64,000 nucleotides of DNA from Octopus sinensis (Eukaryota), in assembly GCF_006345805.1 (NCBI RefSeq), contig NC_043007.1:16120001-16184000 (forward strand), in the 5' to 3' direction. The notes under the pieces are model-generated. The model saw only the letters and a program-made list of their open reading frames with translations, made no database searches and had not been told where the DNA came from. Shown one piece after another: positions 24,586 to 36,787 of this stretch. Both the position numbers and the translations under genes were made by a program. The stretch's first letter is position 1; each line of letters opens with the position of its first letter.

Positions 24586-26072
24586 GATGGGGTTATTTTT
24601 AGTTTTCGTATACTAATTCCACTGACAAGGCTTTGGTCGTCCCGAGGCTTTAGTAGAAGAAACTTTCTCAGGGTGCCACGCAGAAGGACTGAACCCGGAA
24701 CCATATGGTTATGAAGTAAACTTCTTACCACACAGCCACACCTGCACCTATCCCCTTTAGGAATCTGTTTGTAGGTAGTGCGCTTAAACGTTTGAAGTTA
24801 AGAACCAGTATTACGATCACAACATAGACATCGGACATCGGAGACCCCCTTCGGTCACGACACAGACCATGGGATTGCACCTAGAAAGTTACCCTCCTAG
24901 ACACAAGTCCGGGCGAGGTTGTTTATGGAAGACCAGCAGTCGCCCATGCATACCATGCTCTCCACGCCACCAGTGTTATCCAAGGAACAGACAAAGGTCG
25001 ATACAGCTTGGCACCAGTGACGTCGCAACTCATTTCTACAGCTGAGTGAACTGGAGCAACGTGAAATAAAGTGCCTTGCTCAAGAACACAACATGCAGCC
25101 CGGTCCGGGATTCGAGCTCACAACCTCACGGTCGTAAGCTCGACGCTCTAACCACTGAGCCATGCGCCTTCACAACATAATTGTTAAAATACTAATCGCC
25201 TGAGCTTATGGAACTGAAAGAAATATTTTAATAAAAAGAAAATACATGGGACATACAAAGGAAAGAATCTGATAAGTTACCTTCTGAATTTCTTCTCGGC
25301 ATTTTTCCTGTATGTCTGGATATTTCGCCATGTAGAGAAAAACCCAGCTAAGACTTGTAGCTGTTGTGTCTGTTCCAGCCACAAAAATATCGATAATCGT
25401 CCGAAACATATTCACTTCTACAAAAGCAGAAGGTAATTCGAATTAAGTCGTTTAATAATTGTTTATAACGGTATTAAATAGAAAATGATTGCAAAACAAC
25501 CGAGGCAAAAAATATATAGCTAATTGATAATTAAAAATAAATGTAAATTAAAACAGGCATGGGACTGCAGTTTTTACCCGAAATGTGAAAGCACTCCGTC
25601 GGTTACGACGACGAGGGTTCCGGTTGATCCAAATCAACGGAACAGCCTGCTCGTGAAATTAACGTGTAAGTGGCTGAGCACTCCACAGACACGTGTACCC
25701 TTAACATAGTTCTCGGGGATATTCAGCGTGACACAGAGAGTGACAAGGCCGGCCCCTTGAAATACAGGTACAAAAGAAACAGGAAGTAAGAGTGAGAGAA
25801 AGTTGTGGTGAAAGAGTACAGCAGGGATCACCACCATCCCCTTCCGGAGCCTCGTGGAGATTTTAGGTGTTTTCGCTCAATAAAAACTCACAACGCCCGG
25901 TCTGGGAATCGAAACCGCGATCGTATGACCGCGAGTCCGCTGCCCTAACCACTGGGCCATTGCGCCTCCACTTACCCGAAATAACATCTATCATACATGT
26001 AGTCTGTTAAAAGCACATTGCATCAGAGAGAGAGAGAGAGAGGGAGGGAGAGAGAGATAGAGAGAGAGGGAG

Positions 26073-26103
<31 letters not shown>

Positions 26104-29100
26104 CGAAATATCATCCCGGTAGCGACTACAAGAACGCTAGACGCATTTCTTAGGGAAGCCACCGTCGAAACGATTTACCGTTTCACTCCGATAATATCAT
26201 CAAAAAGTAGAAGGGGACAAACAAGGATAGACAAATGAACTAATTCGATTACATCGACCCCAGTGCATAACTGATACTTATTTAATCGACCCCGAAAGGA
26301 TGAAAGGCAAAGTTAACCTCGACGGAATTTGAACTCAGAACGTAGCGGCAGACGAAATACCTATTTCTTTACTACCCACAAGGGGTTAAACACAGAGGAG
26401 ACAAACAAGGACAGACAAACGGATTAAGTCGATTATATCGACCCCAGTGTTTCACTGGTACTTATTCAATCGACCCCGAAAGGATGAAAGGCCACGTCGA
26501 CCTCGGCGGAATTTGAATTCAGAACGTAGCGGCAGCATTTCGCCCGGTGTGCTAACGTTTCTGCCAGCTCGCCGCCTTATATGTATGAAATATATATAAG
26601 TATGCAATATATATGTATGAAACAAATTCTATTTTCAAAACTTATATGTAATATCTTGAAAGCAACAAGAGAAACATAACAGTTCATGTAACTCACCAGA
26701 TAAAGATTCACTGTTTGGTTCCTTCTCAAGTGTGAGTAAGTAGACGTCAATGAAATCTCTTATATCGTCACCATTGTATGTTTCCTTATGTTCCCTGATT
26801 TTCTCTTTTATGTAGCTTCGGATTTTTCTGTCGTTCTTGAGAATTTGTTCAATCTATAGTGAAAAAATTGTAGAGGCGCGTGGTTTAGTGGTTACGGTGT
26901 CAGCATCATGTTCGTAAGATTGTGGTTTCGATTCCCGGACCGAGCTTCGCGTTGTGTTCTTGAGCAAAACACTTCATTCCACGTTGCTCCAGTCCACTCA
27001 GCCAGCAAAAATAAGTAACGCTGCGATGGACTGGCGTCCCGTCCAGCTGGGGAACACATACGCCACAGAAACCGGGCCCATGAGCCTAGCTAGGCTTTAA
27101 AAGGGCGCATTTATTTATTATTATAGTGAAAAAATTAGCATCGGTGGCCTGTGTACCCAACTGGAATGCGTGGAGGCGCAATGGCCCAGTGGTTAGGGTA
27201 GCGGACTCGCGCTCATAGGATCGTGGTTTCGATTCCCAGACCGGGCGTTGTGAGTGTTTATTGAGCGAAAACACCTAAAAGCTCCACGAGGCTCCGGCAG
27301 GGGATGGTGGTGATCCCTGCTGTACTCTTTCACCACAACTTTCTCTCACTCTTACTTCCTGTTTCTGTTGTACCTGTATTTCAAAGGGCCGGCCTTGTCA
27401 CTCTCTGTGTCACGCTGAATATCCGCGAGAACTACGTTAAGGGTACACGTGTCTGTGGAGTGCTCAGTCACTTACACGTTAATTTCACGAGCAGGCTGTT
27501 CCGTTGATTCGGATCAACTGGGACCCTCGTCGTCGTAACTGACGGAGTGCTTCCAGTCCATTAAATCATAATAGATGGTGGCCAACTGGCAGAATTGTTA
27601 GTGCACCAGGAAAAATGCTTAACACCATATCGTCTGTCTTCACATTTAAATGTGGCTGAGGTTGACTTTGCCTTTCATTCTTTCGGGGTCGATAAAATAA
27701 GTACCAGTTGAATACTGGAGGCAATGTAATCAATTCATTTCTTTTCCTGAACTAGCTAGTCTTGTGCCAAAATTTGAAATCAGTATCAAATATATATAAA
27801 AAAAAAATTTTGCATGGAGGAGAGTTGTGAAAATGAAAAGTTAAATCAAGATAACTGAGAAAAATTTTGACATCGAAAGCGTTTAAATAGGAAAGAATTT
27901 TATTACGTGAAAAGCAAATTCAGGTATCGTCTCGATCCGACAATTTTCTCCTAAATCATTGAATGTCACCACAAGACTATGACAAAATTTGGGGTTTGGC
28001 GAACCTATATTTTCTGGGTTCAAATCATGATTCAATAAAATTCAGAATTCAAATGTTTATACTTACGGGAGAATTCCATCGAAAAAATCTCAGGAATGGA
28101 AAGAAATTCTCTGGTATAAATGCACTACTATTCTTGAAGAAGAATCTTAAGTTTTCAACAATTTCCTGAAACTCAAGTTCACCAAATCTGATCCTTCAAT
28201 TGCAAAACATACAATATATATTAGTAGCATAATGCTTTTAATAGAAAGAGAAAAGTGTAATTTTAATAGAAATTGGAGCTAATCAGCGACAGCTTTAGTC
28301 TTATATTTAGACTGCCATATTAGTATGGCGATAACTATTAGTGTAAGTTTAGGTATGTATCTATTTTACCAGAAAAATATTTCAAATATGAAATGTTTGC
28401 AAAAGAAAGCACCACAAATAACGAGCTATAAATGAATCATTTAAATTTAGCAAAGCTATTTTTCTACATACTCCACATCCGTACGACACTAAGTATTAGG
28501 TCCCGAGTTCAATCCCACTGCAAAGTATATTGGATAAGCGTAATTTTCTATATTCTGGGGCCGATCCATATCTTGTAGGTGAAATAGATTTGACGGAACT
28601 TGTGGAGATGAATGCCAAATGAAATTTAATTGTACAATTTTGTTATACACTTTGACACCCTGATTTAACATGAAAATTACAATAAGCATGCACGTGTGAA
28701 TGGAATATCAACTACTTACACACTAATTCAATGAGAAGGTAATCCACTTGTATATAAATATTCAGAATGTTTATTGCCGAAGCAGAGGAAGAACCACCCA
28801 TCCACATGCAATAATTCCCTCGACTATCGCGAGTGTTATATTCCAAAACCACCTACAGACATAATTAAAATCTAAAAAATTATAAATACCTATCGGCCGC
28901 AGAAACCTGCGATATACTGAGAAGTCCGCGATATAAATTTACATATATTAGCCAGAAAAATCCGCGATGTACTGAGTGCGTGATAGGTGAACCGCGATAT
29001 GGCGAGGGATAACTGTATTCATAAAGATATACCCACATGTGTATTACATATATATATGAAGTGTTGAATGCTACTAACCTTTCACCAAATATTATATAGT

Positions 29101-30532
29101 ATACAATACTCAAAGAGAAGTATGCCAAAGGGTCGCCCAAGGAAAACGGTTTGCCATTGTGAGATTGAAAAACTTTGCATAATCTCTGGGTTTCCAAATA
29201 TATTTGGTCTTCTAGCTTTCTCTTGCCCATTCCTAAATCACGGAATGTTGCGTAAAGAAACTTTTTCAAGTCCTTCCATTCTTTTCCAGTGTTAAAGAAA
29301 ATACCTGAAACAATAATGAAGGCACAAAAGAAAAAATAGCTTTGAAGATATTTTCATTCTTTTTATTTGGAAAATTTAAAATTGAAAAAAAAAAAAAACA
29401 GAAAACATAAATAAATTCTAAATAACAACACTATCAAATGTGGTGGATGAGTATTAGGTCATTTTTTTACATAAAATATACAGATTATATCTTTTTGTTT
29501 ACTCATTACAAAGATCTTAAAATTTCTAGTCAGAGGTTATATTTCCATGGCACAAATTGAGATAAATAAATTAATTAATCACGGTATGATATACTTTACG
29601 TTGAAAATTCCTATCTCTAACTTTAGTTGAAGCATAGGATGCCAACCAGAGATATGGAAAATGTCCACAACGAGTGAAGGAAAAGGAAAGAAGGAAAATT
29701 GCAGTATGAGCTTAACGGAAAAACAGCGATGAATCTGACACTAATCCGTATTTGCCTACCACAACTATTTCTTCCAGTGTCAGTAGCGGTCAAACTATGA
29801 CTACCCTTTACAAAACATAGAACAAGAAATACAGGAAGAAAGGAGACCGTATCTTTCAGCCTAAACGAAGCAGGACGAGGTACGAGATAAAGTGTTGCAC
29901 AGTGGCACGAAATGCTAAGCGGAAGGAAATAGTAACGGTAAAATGCTTGAACAGCTTTCGTTGAAAGACATAGCAGAGAATGTATTACAGACCGAGCTGA
30001 AAAAGTGTGACCCATAAAAGACCCGAGAAGGGAAAAGGGGATAAAAAAAGTATCAAGAAAACTGGGAAAATGTAGAGTTGCATTCTGGATAAGTTGTGAA
30101 TATCGGTATGAAGAGGAGAAAAACGAAGCGAAGACATTTATTAAGGTAAGATGGTGACTTGCCTTGTTTTCGGGATAATAGCTTCGTCATGTAGATCCAG
30201 TAGGGTCTTCCTTTGAATTCCTCTCCTTTCTTTACTAATCCTTCTAAAATCCATTCTGTTTTGCATACAGTCACCAGAGTGTCAGAACCAAGTTTGAGTT
30301 TGAAAATATCTCCATATTGTTTTCGAAAATCTTTCATCTTCGAGCAAAGATCTGTGGTTGTGATCATCTGAGGTAGATTTCCAATTATTGGAAATGAAGT
30401 GGGACCCGGAGGTAAATTGTAGTTGTACTTTTTACGCGTCATAAACCAGCGTACGAGCAACAGAGTGACTAATCCAAACAAGAAACTTTGTATATTAATA
30501 GTTTCTATAGCATATGATGGACAAATATCCAT
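19177..30532 (-). CDS. Cytochrome P450 clan 2 (CYP2-like) gene B, complete, 499 aa
   Basis: complement(join(30163..30532,29079..29304,28067..28193,26697..26853,25281..25417,20985..21081,20290..20496,19177..19355)) = 1500 nt with an open frame. N-terminal membrane anchor, PPGP hinge, AGTDTT, EAQR, PERW, FSLGPRICAG, stop TAA. Intron 1 donor is GC. Confidence 0.95.
19853..20145 (+). mobile_element. SINE family 3 (body type c)
   Basis: Same tRNA-like head with a different body; paralogous to 23158-23459. Confidence 0.8.
20290..20496 (-). CDS. CYP gene B exon 7
   Basis: taacag|CT...TTG G|gtaagt; [26 protein letters not shown]...FRPERW...YMPFSL; 207 nt. Confidence 0.95.
20985..21081 (-). CDS. CYP gene B exon 6 (ExxR)
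   Basis: tttcag|GTC...GTT G|gtaag; [32 protein letters not shown]; 97 nt. Confidence 0.95.
21125..21406 (-). mobile_element. SINE family 3 (body type b), head truncated
   Basis: Reverse complement of 17665-17955. Confidence 0.8.
21675..22064 (-). mobile_element. SINE family 3 (body type a)
   Basis: 12-bp TSD tcagaatcaaat (21663-21674/22065-22076); near-identical to 25585-25971 and 27171-27555. Confidence 0.9.
22705..22995 (+). mobile_element. Decayed CR1/Jockey-type LINE RT fragment
   Basis: PKKGN...DNYRPV; YGFRKAR...GDLL; VTLDISK remnants, frameshifted. Confidence 0.65.
23158..23459 (-). mobile_element. SINE family 3 (body type c)
   Basis: 12-bp TSD aatagcagattt (23146-23157/23460-23471). 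Confidence 0.85.
23905..24110 (-). mobile_element. SINE family 1, degenerate 3' part
   Basis: Diverged match to the family 1 tail. Confidence 0.55.
24586..24750 (-). mobile_element. SINE family 1, head fragment
   Basis: Reverse match to the family 1 head up to the internal microsatellite. Confidence 0.7.
24827..25170 (-). mobile_element. tRNA-derived SINE family 4
   Basis: Head gaaggcgcatggctcagtggttagagc...gagctcgaatccc; central ttgagcaaggcact...gctccagttcactcagctg; 9-bp TSD cacaacata (24818-24826/25171-25179). Confidence 0.85.
25281..25417 (-). CDS. CYP gene B exon 5 (I-helix)
   Basis: ttgtag|AA...AAG|gtaac; [46 protein letters not shown]; 137 nt. Confidence 0.95.
25585..25971 (-). mobile_element. 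SINE family 3 (body type a)
   Basis: 11-bp TSD ttacccgaaat (25574-25584/25972-25982). Confidence 0.9.
26205..26578 (-). mobile_element. SINE family 2 tandem dimer
   Basis: Two units joined at gacgaaatac|ctatttcttt (26351-26370). Confidence 0.85.
26697..26853 (-). CDS. CYP gene B exon 4
   Basis: ctatag|ATT...TCT G|gtgag; [52 protein letters not shown]; 157 nt. Confidence 0.95.
26870..27121 (+). mobile_element. tRNA-derived SINE (family 4-related) inserted next to the gene B exon 4 acceptor
   Basis: 15-bp TSD tatagtgaaaaaatt (26855-26869/27122-27136); tRNA-like head; (TTA)n tail. Confidence 0.9.
27171..27555 (+). mobile_element. SINE family 3 (body type a)
   Basis: Near-identical to the other type a copies. 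Confidence 0.9.
27586..27785 (+). mobile_element. SINE family 2, degenerate
   Basis: ggtggccaactggcagaattgttag...gttgactttgcctttcattctttcggggtcgat. Confidence 0.65.
28067..28193 (-). CDS. CYP gene B exon 3
   Basis: ttgaag|G ATC AGA...CCC|gtaagt; [42 protein letters not shown]; 127 nt. Confidence 0.9.
28809..29017. mobile_element. pogo/Tigger-like MITE
   Basis: Imperfect TIRs caataattccctcgactatcgcg / cgcgatatggcgagggataactg-ta. Confidence 0.55.
29079..29304 (-). CDS. CYP gene B exon 2
   Basis: tttcag|GT...GAAAG|gttag; [35 protein letters not shown]...FGER; 226 nt. Confidence 0.95.
30163..30532 (-). CDS. CYP gene B exon 1
   Basis: [44 protein letters not shown]...[23 protein letters not shown]|gcaagt; 370 nt, same length as gene C exon 1. 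Confidence 0.93.
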
Positions 30533-31300
30533 AACCCTATGTTGTTACTGCAGTTATGTGTTCGTATTTAAAGCTTGAAATATATTCCACTCAGCTCCCA
30601 GAGTTCTTAAAGATAAGGGTTGTTAAAATCCGCTGCATACAATTAGAAGTCAGCCAAATCTTATAAATGGTATTTTAACGAGATTACTCTTTATATATAT
30701 ATATTAGTCTGCTTCTTTTAATTAATGTGTGAGCACTTGGCTTCAGTATGTATTGCAGTTAATGTCGTTATAACATGTATTTAATTTCTCTAAAATAGGT
30801 TATCAATCCATTAAGATCACCATGTTATTACTTGTTAGCCATGGGTTGTTGTAGTTGTTGTTATTGTTGTTGAGTAACTCCAAGTCGATCAAACAGATTT
30901 AAGACAGGTAAGTAGTCAGTCGAAATGTGATATACTGCATATTATACGTCACTGGACTGGGTAGGTCCAGTGGTGAATTAATCTAGTAGCAATAATATAT
31001 TGTACTGATCGTGCATTTTCAATTACTTCACATTAACTATGTGAACTCTGTCAGTTCTAAATCAATGATTCTGCACATGCTCCATTACAATAGTACTATT
31101 ATTGCCTTCAACATTTAGGAATGGCTAAAAGTTGATCGAATGGTGGAAATATTTCCGAGATCCAATACACTTTAAATTAGAGGTTCTCAACAATTTGTCA
31201 ATATACAGTGTACATATAAAAATTAGAGATAGAGTCCATCCAATTATGTTTATTAAAAAAAGTGTTGATTTTCATATACAAATAAATTGAATTATATATA

Positions 31301-31338
<38 letters not shown>

Positions 31339-31369
31339 GGGTGACACAAAATCGGAAAATACTGCAAAA

Positions 31370-31900
31370 CATCCAGACAGATGATACAAAAAAGTACAAG
31401 AAGAAACAAGGACGGGTCACTCGGAGTTTTCTTCCCTCAGTCGAGTTCTAGATTGTCTTTGCAATTTCGGCAGGTTATGCGCGAAACTGCTCCAATCTGG
31501 AAAGCGCCACGGAAAAAACTATGCTAAGAGCACTAGATTCCTTCGAAGAAACCAGCGAATGTATACGAAAACAAGGAGGGGAAAAAACGAGAAATGGTAC
31601 ACAAATACAAATGCCAATAACAGGACATTAACAACAGGTGTCTTTCGACTAAGGACGAATTAAATTAAGCTGGTGTGTGTGGAAGTGAAGCCTTATGGCA
31701 GGGACATATGAGATGACACGCATGGGGAGGAATATAGATGTTGCACGGATGGTAGTCGAACCAAGAAAGAAAGGTCTGGCTTGGCCGAACACCCGTCACG
31801 TGGAGAGAGAGGAGAGAGGCGGAGGCAGAGGGATAGAAAAATTAGAGAGGGACGAGAAAAAATCATTCAGTCATTCAGCGTCACTACTAGAAAGTAAACG
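31370..31900. mobile_element. PLE-type terminal repeat related to 61965-63085
   Basis: Shares gcaatttcggc...tgctcc...cgaatgtatac blocks with the repeats at 61965-63085. Confidence 0.45.
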
Positions 31901-31982
31901 TGTCCGCTTTATGTTGTTTTTCGGTGGCACAAAATCACTCTAGTCACTGGAAATATTTAATAGTAATATATCTTCATTTGTA

Positions 31983-32260
31983 TCTGTATATATAAAAGGC
32001 AGGTTGTGTGTGCATGTGTGTGTGTGTGTGTACGTGAATGTAGTTTATGCACATCCACAAATTAACACGCATGTCGCTCAAATTTTAGGAGGAACTTCGT
32101 CACGATCCTAGCTGTATTTTCGTCAAATTATTTTCCCCCGAGGCACCAACGAATAGCGGTGAAAATAATTTTGAACCATAACTTCTAACAATTTTCAAGT
32201 CGGAGAAATACACCATCATTTGCAAATATGAGTTAAGTCCCCTTCTTTGGAGGGTGTAAA
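31983..32260 (+). mobile_element. Non-autonomous repeat, possibly Helitron/Helentron-associated
   Basis: Starts tctgtatatataaaag followed by (TG)n; inverted homolog at ~63510-63735. Confidence 0.35.
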
Positions 32261-32448
32261 GAGAAGGAGAGAAAAAGAGAGAGAGACAACAGATTTTTAA
32301 AATTTCGTCTTTTTAGTGAGTGATTGACAGGCAAAAACAGACAGACATGGGTTATATATGTATGTGTGAATGGCTTCAGTCACACACACACACGAACATG
32401 TATCCGTACAAAACACATGTATGCAATGTGTGTGTATGTATGTTGCCC

Positions 32449-32528
<80 letters not shown>

Positions 32529-32542
32529 ATTATTATGTAAAG

Positions 32543-32985
32543 GTGGCAAGCTGTCAGAATTGTTAGTACGCTGGACGAAATGCTTAGTGGTATTTCGTCT
32601 GCTGCTAAGTTCTAAGTTCAAATTATACCGAGGTCGACTTTGCCTTTCATCCTTTGTGAGTCAATAAAACAAGTACGATTGATAGTTGTACTAAATAAGT
32701 CGAATATATCGACCCATCTCTTCCCCCGATATTGCTGACCTTGGGCCAAAATTTGAAACCATTATTATAGTTAATATTATTAGGTGGTGAACTGAAGAAT
32801 CGTCAATGCGTCGGACAAAATTCTTAGCAGCTTTATTCCGGATCTTTAAGTTCTGTGTTCAACTACCAGCAAAGTTGACGTTGCCTTTCATCCTTTCGGG
32901 GTCGATAAAATACTAGTTATGTAGTGGATTCGATGTAATAGACTATCCCACTACTAAAATTGACGGCCTTACGCCAAAATTCGAA
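32543..32985 (+). mobile_element. Two degenerate SINE family 2 copies
   Basis: Heads at 32543 and 32785; both contain gactttgcctttcatccttt. Confidence 0.65.
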
Positions 32986-33329
32986 AGAATAACTTTCACG
33001 TGATTGGTGTTTTCTGTTTCACCATAATTGTGGCCTAGAATGAGGACCAGTTTGTTCCTTTTGTGGAAGAGTATTATTTTTTTCATATCTATGTTAGATT
33101 TACTGAGGTCTTTTCTGTATTGTGTCTCATCCCAGGTTAAGATTAAGGTTTTCAAAGTTCCTTCTCAAATGTTTTGTCATTGTTCTCATGGCTCCAATAA
33201 CAACCGTCATTCACATGACCATGTTTCTCCCAGCACTTGAGGATTTTCAACTTTAAGTCGGTATAATGTAAGGATTATAGGGCTCTACTTTTTTTATTCT
33301 AGTGTCAAATGGACATGCCACGTGAATTA

Positions 33330-33668
33330 CATTACGTAGTTTCTTATAGTATAGTCTCGAAAGAGCTGTTCTTCACTCCTGCTCCAGAGCGTGGGCTACG
33401 GGGTTACTCCGAAAAGCTCTATCTACGACGATTTCATCTCAATCGAAGGAGGGCTTTCTCCGTCCGGGTTGCGGATCCGAGGAATAAGCTGCCGGACGAG
33501 ATAGTGAAGATGCCGACGTCCGCTCGGTTCAAAGTCTCTCTTGACCACAAATGGCCTGAACTCTTTGTATGACCACCTTCACTGTACATAACTCCCTGTT
33601 CCCCCTACATTGACTTGCTTTTGCTTTTTGAGCCAATAAAAATTGAATTGAATTGAATAGAATTGAAT
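33330..33668 (+). mobile_element. CR1/L2-type LINE 3' end
   Basis: LRRFHLNRRRAFSVRVADPRNKLPDEIV...FKVSLD matches the CR1 ORF2 C-terminus; AATAAA followed by an (ATTGA)n tail. Confidence 0.75.
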
Positions 33669-35099
33669 AGTCGACGACTATATATTACAACATCTGGTCC
33701 GTCGTGTTCAGTTCTCTCGATTTATTTGAGAAGAAATGTCCAACAACTTTACTTGAACATTATAATAGTTTTCGTAAGGTATAAGGCGCTCACCAACATG
33801 TATTTACAGGCTGCTCTGTTAACTCTATACCGAAAGATTCAGTTGTTATTGATATTTTTGTGATTTTTGTTGGGGAGAACAGAATTAATATTCTATTTCT
33901 ATGAACCGAGCTTTGATCATTACCATGGTGAAAATTTCCAGTACATTAATATATGTGTTACAGATCAATGAAGTTTTACAAGTTATACCGATGTTGAGGC
34001 CTTTCAACATTTTTTGTAATTCTTGATGTGACTGGTTCGTTCATTAATTTTCGGAGGAGTCGAAGTAAACTTTGACCTCTAGCAAAGTTCTGCGCATAAA
34101 ACAATTTGTAATCTGATCAGTTTGTGAAATCAAAAAAAATTTCTATTAAGTTCTCTATTGAATTTTTTCTAATAAAAATCTTTTGAATTCTTTTAAGCAC
34201 AGCACTTAATACTTGGGCTACAAGAACAGGTTTTCTTTATGCAGTTTTAACTACCAAAATATGTTTGGCAAATGCATTTCTGCGCTGTTATTCGTGGTTT
34301 AAAATCCACTAAGAAACAGCGGGAAGAAGTGATAGCCATAACATAAACAAATGGTTCACAATGTATTTTCAGATACGAAGATAAAATACAAAGAGCAAAA
34401 AAGAAAATGAAAATAATCAATCCTAGAGACAAAGTTCATCTTAATCACTATTTTACAATACAAAATTAAAAGAATATAATGTTAAGTGGCATTTCTTTTC
34501 TCATTCTTATTGTTACTTTGTGATTATAAAATTTTGCCTTGAAATTCCCCCTTGTAAAAGCCACATATTTTTAGTTACAGCTGCATTTCTGCTGCTGATA
34601 GAAATCACAGTAGTTTCATAGATGATGGCCTCACTCAAACAGGCACCGTTAATCGGGCGCTTGTTTTTTATGTCTGCACACTATGCCATGCAGTTTTATG
34701 AGTAATTATTTTCTTGAAATTAGGTGTCGAACTAAAAACATCTTTACTGTTCATATTAATCTGTCAAATGTAATGCTTGTTTGTTCACGATATTTTGAAT
34801 TATTCAGGTTTAAGAGAAGTGCCCACAATATTTGTTTGTAACTTTGTAAATTTGCCACATGCTGATTTTAAATTTTCTCAGTGGGTGCCTTATATGCAAA
34901 TATTTATGTAATTTTAGCTGATATTGCTGACTAAACTTGACTTTTATGGGCAGGTAAATTTAATTAACAGGTGTAAAAGCAATAACATTATGGATATACA
35001 CTAAAATTGAAATTCTTAATGCATCTTACCTGTTTGATTTCTTACTAAAATTATCCTAGATAGCAACCGACAAATATTTTGTCAATTTTCAAGATGATG

Positions 35100-35721
35100 T
35101 ACATTAATTTGAATTAATTAAAATACAGGTATAATCAATACAAGATTTTATTCTTTCGGTAAATATTTCGTACCTCGGTATGGAATAATTTTTTCCACAG
35201 TTTTTTCGGGTGCATTCAAAGTATCTGACCTCCAAACCGCCGCAAGCCACTTTTTTCCGGAAAAGAAAGTAGGGGGAGGGGTAGTGGGGACCTGGAGGTC
35301 TCCCACCAAGTGAGTTTTTGTTTCGCGGCTCTTTTTCTTTTCCAGGTTATTTCGCATAATTTCAATGAATGTGACATCGAAATCACGTGTAAACGGCTCA
35401 TTTTTCCAGCAAAGGACAATTTGGCTGCTATTTCTAGCATGCTCTGCTACCACATAACAGCTATTTGCGTTCACACCGAAATATTTACCACCATTTTTCC
35501 TTCCGTTAATTTTTTCCGCTTTATGGAAGTCAATATTCTCTCTGTTGACATCCACCTCAGTTAATTTTGCTTTTCTCCCTGTTCTGTACTTTCTGGAAGA
35601 AAAGCCTTCACATTATCTCAAAACTACGAGAATTCCCTAACGTGATTTGATTATTTTTTTAAAGGTTTCGTAGGGGAATTAGATACAACGGTTTTGGCCG
35701 GTTTAAACACTAAAGGGTTAA
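35100..35721 (-). mobile_element. piggyBac-like DNA transposon end
   Basis: ttaa-ccctttagtgtttaaaccggcc terminus on - at 35691-35721; inner boundary uncertain. Confidence 0.5.
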
Positions 35722-35996
35722 AAAGTGCCAAAACTATAAAGTCAGCTTCTTCGATTTTGCATTAGAGTTAAAAAGTGCTGATCTTATAGTTGTAAATTTT
35801 ATTGGGACTAAAAAAGGTTGATTTCATAGTTTTAGCCCTTTTTTAGGTTTTTAAAAGCTTTTAGAGCCAGAAAAGGGTAAAAACACTAAAATGAAACACA
35901 ATTAAACTAAAAAAATAGTTTATTGATAAAGTGGTTGTAAAAGTGAAAATAAAAAAAAATGAAAGACACGATATGTACATAATTTAATTTAAATCA

Positions 35997-36414
35997 CCTA
36001 TTTCTTTACTACCCACCAGGGGCTAAACACAGAGAGGACAAACAAGGACAGACAAACAGATTAAGTCGATTATATCGACGCCAGTGCGTAACTGGTACTT
36101 ATTTAATCGACCCCAAAAGGATGAAAGACAAAGTCGACCTTGACGGAATTTGAACTCAGACCGTAGTGGCAGACGAAATACCTATTTCTTTACTACCCAC
36201 AAGGGGCTAAATACAGAGAGGACAAACAAGGACAGACAGACGGATTAAGTCGATTATATCAACCCCAGTGCGTAACTGGTACTTATTTAATCGACCCCGA
36301 AAGAATGAAAGGCAAAGTCGACCTCGGTGGAATTTGAATTCAGAACGTAACGGCAGACGAAATACGGCTACGCATTTCGCCGGCGTGCTAACGTTTCTGC
36401 CATCTCGCCGCCTT
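35997..36414 (-). mobile_element. SINE family 2 tandem dimer
   Basis: Same internal junction at 36172-36190. Confidence 0.85.
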
Positions 36415-36695
36415 AATGACGCGTACATTATCAAATATGCTAAGACAACCTGAAACCAATAGAAACTTTTAAACGCTCACCAGTTTTTATGAAATTTGTG
36501 GGTTAACGGACTTGATTAAATGTAGCGGAAGTTAATTAGTCTAATAATGATTTTCAAAGTTTACTTAAATGTTAAATCGTTATAGAAAATATTAAATTCG
36601 TTAATTAATGATAAACGGATGAACGAGCTAACACTCAGCTCTGTATTTATACATATACATACAAACATATATATATATATTATATATATATATAT

Positions 36696-36787
<92 letters not shown>

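Noticed and set aside
35148-35555. 135-aa ORF on - near a piggyBac-like end
   Set aside because: No recognisable transposase or other motif; not called as a CDS.
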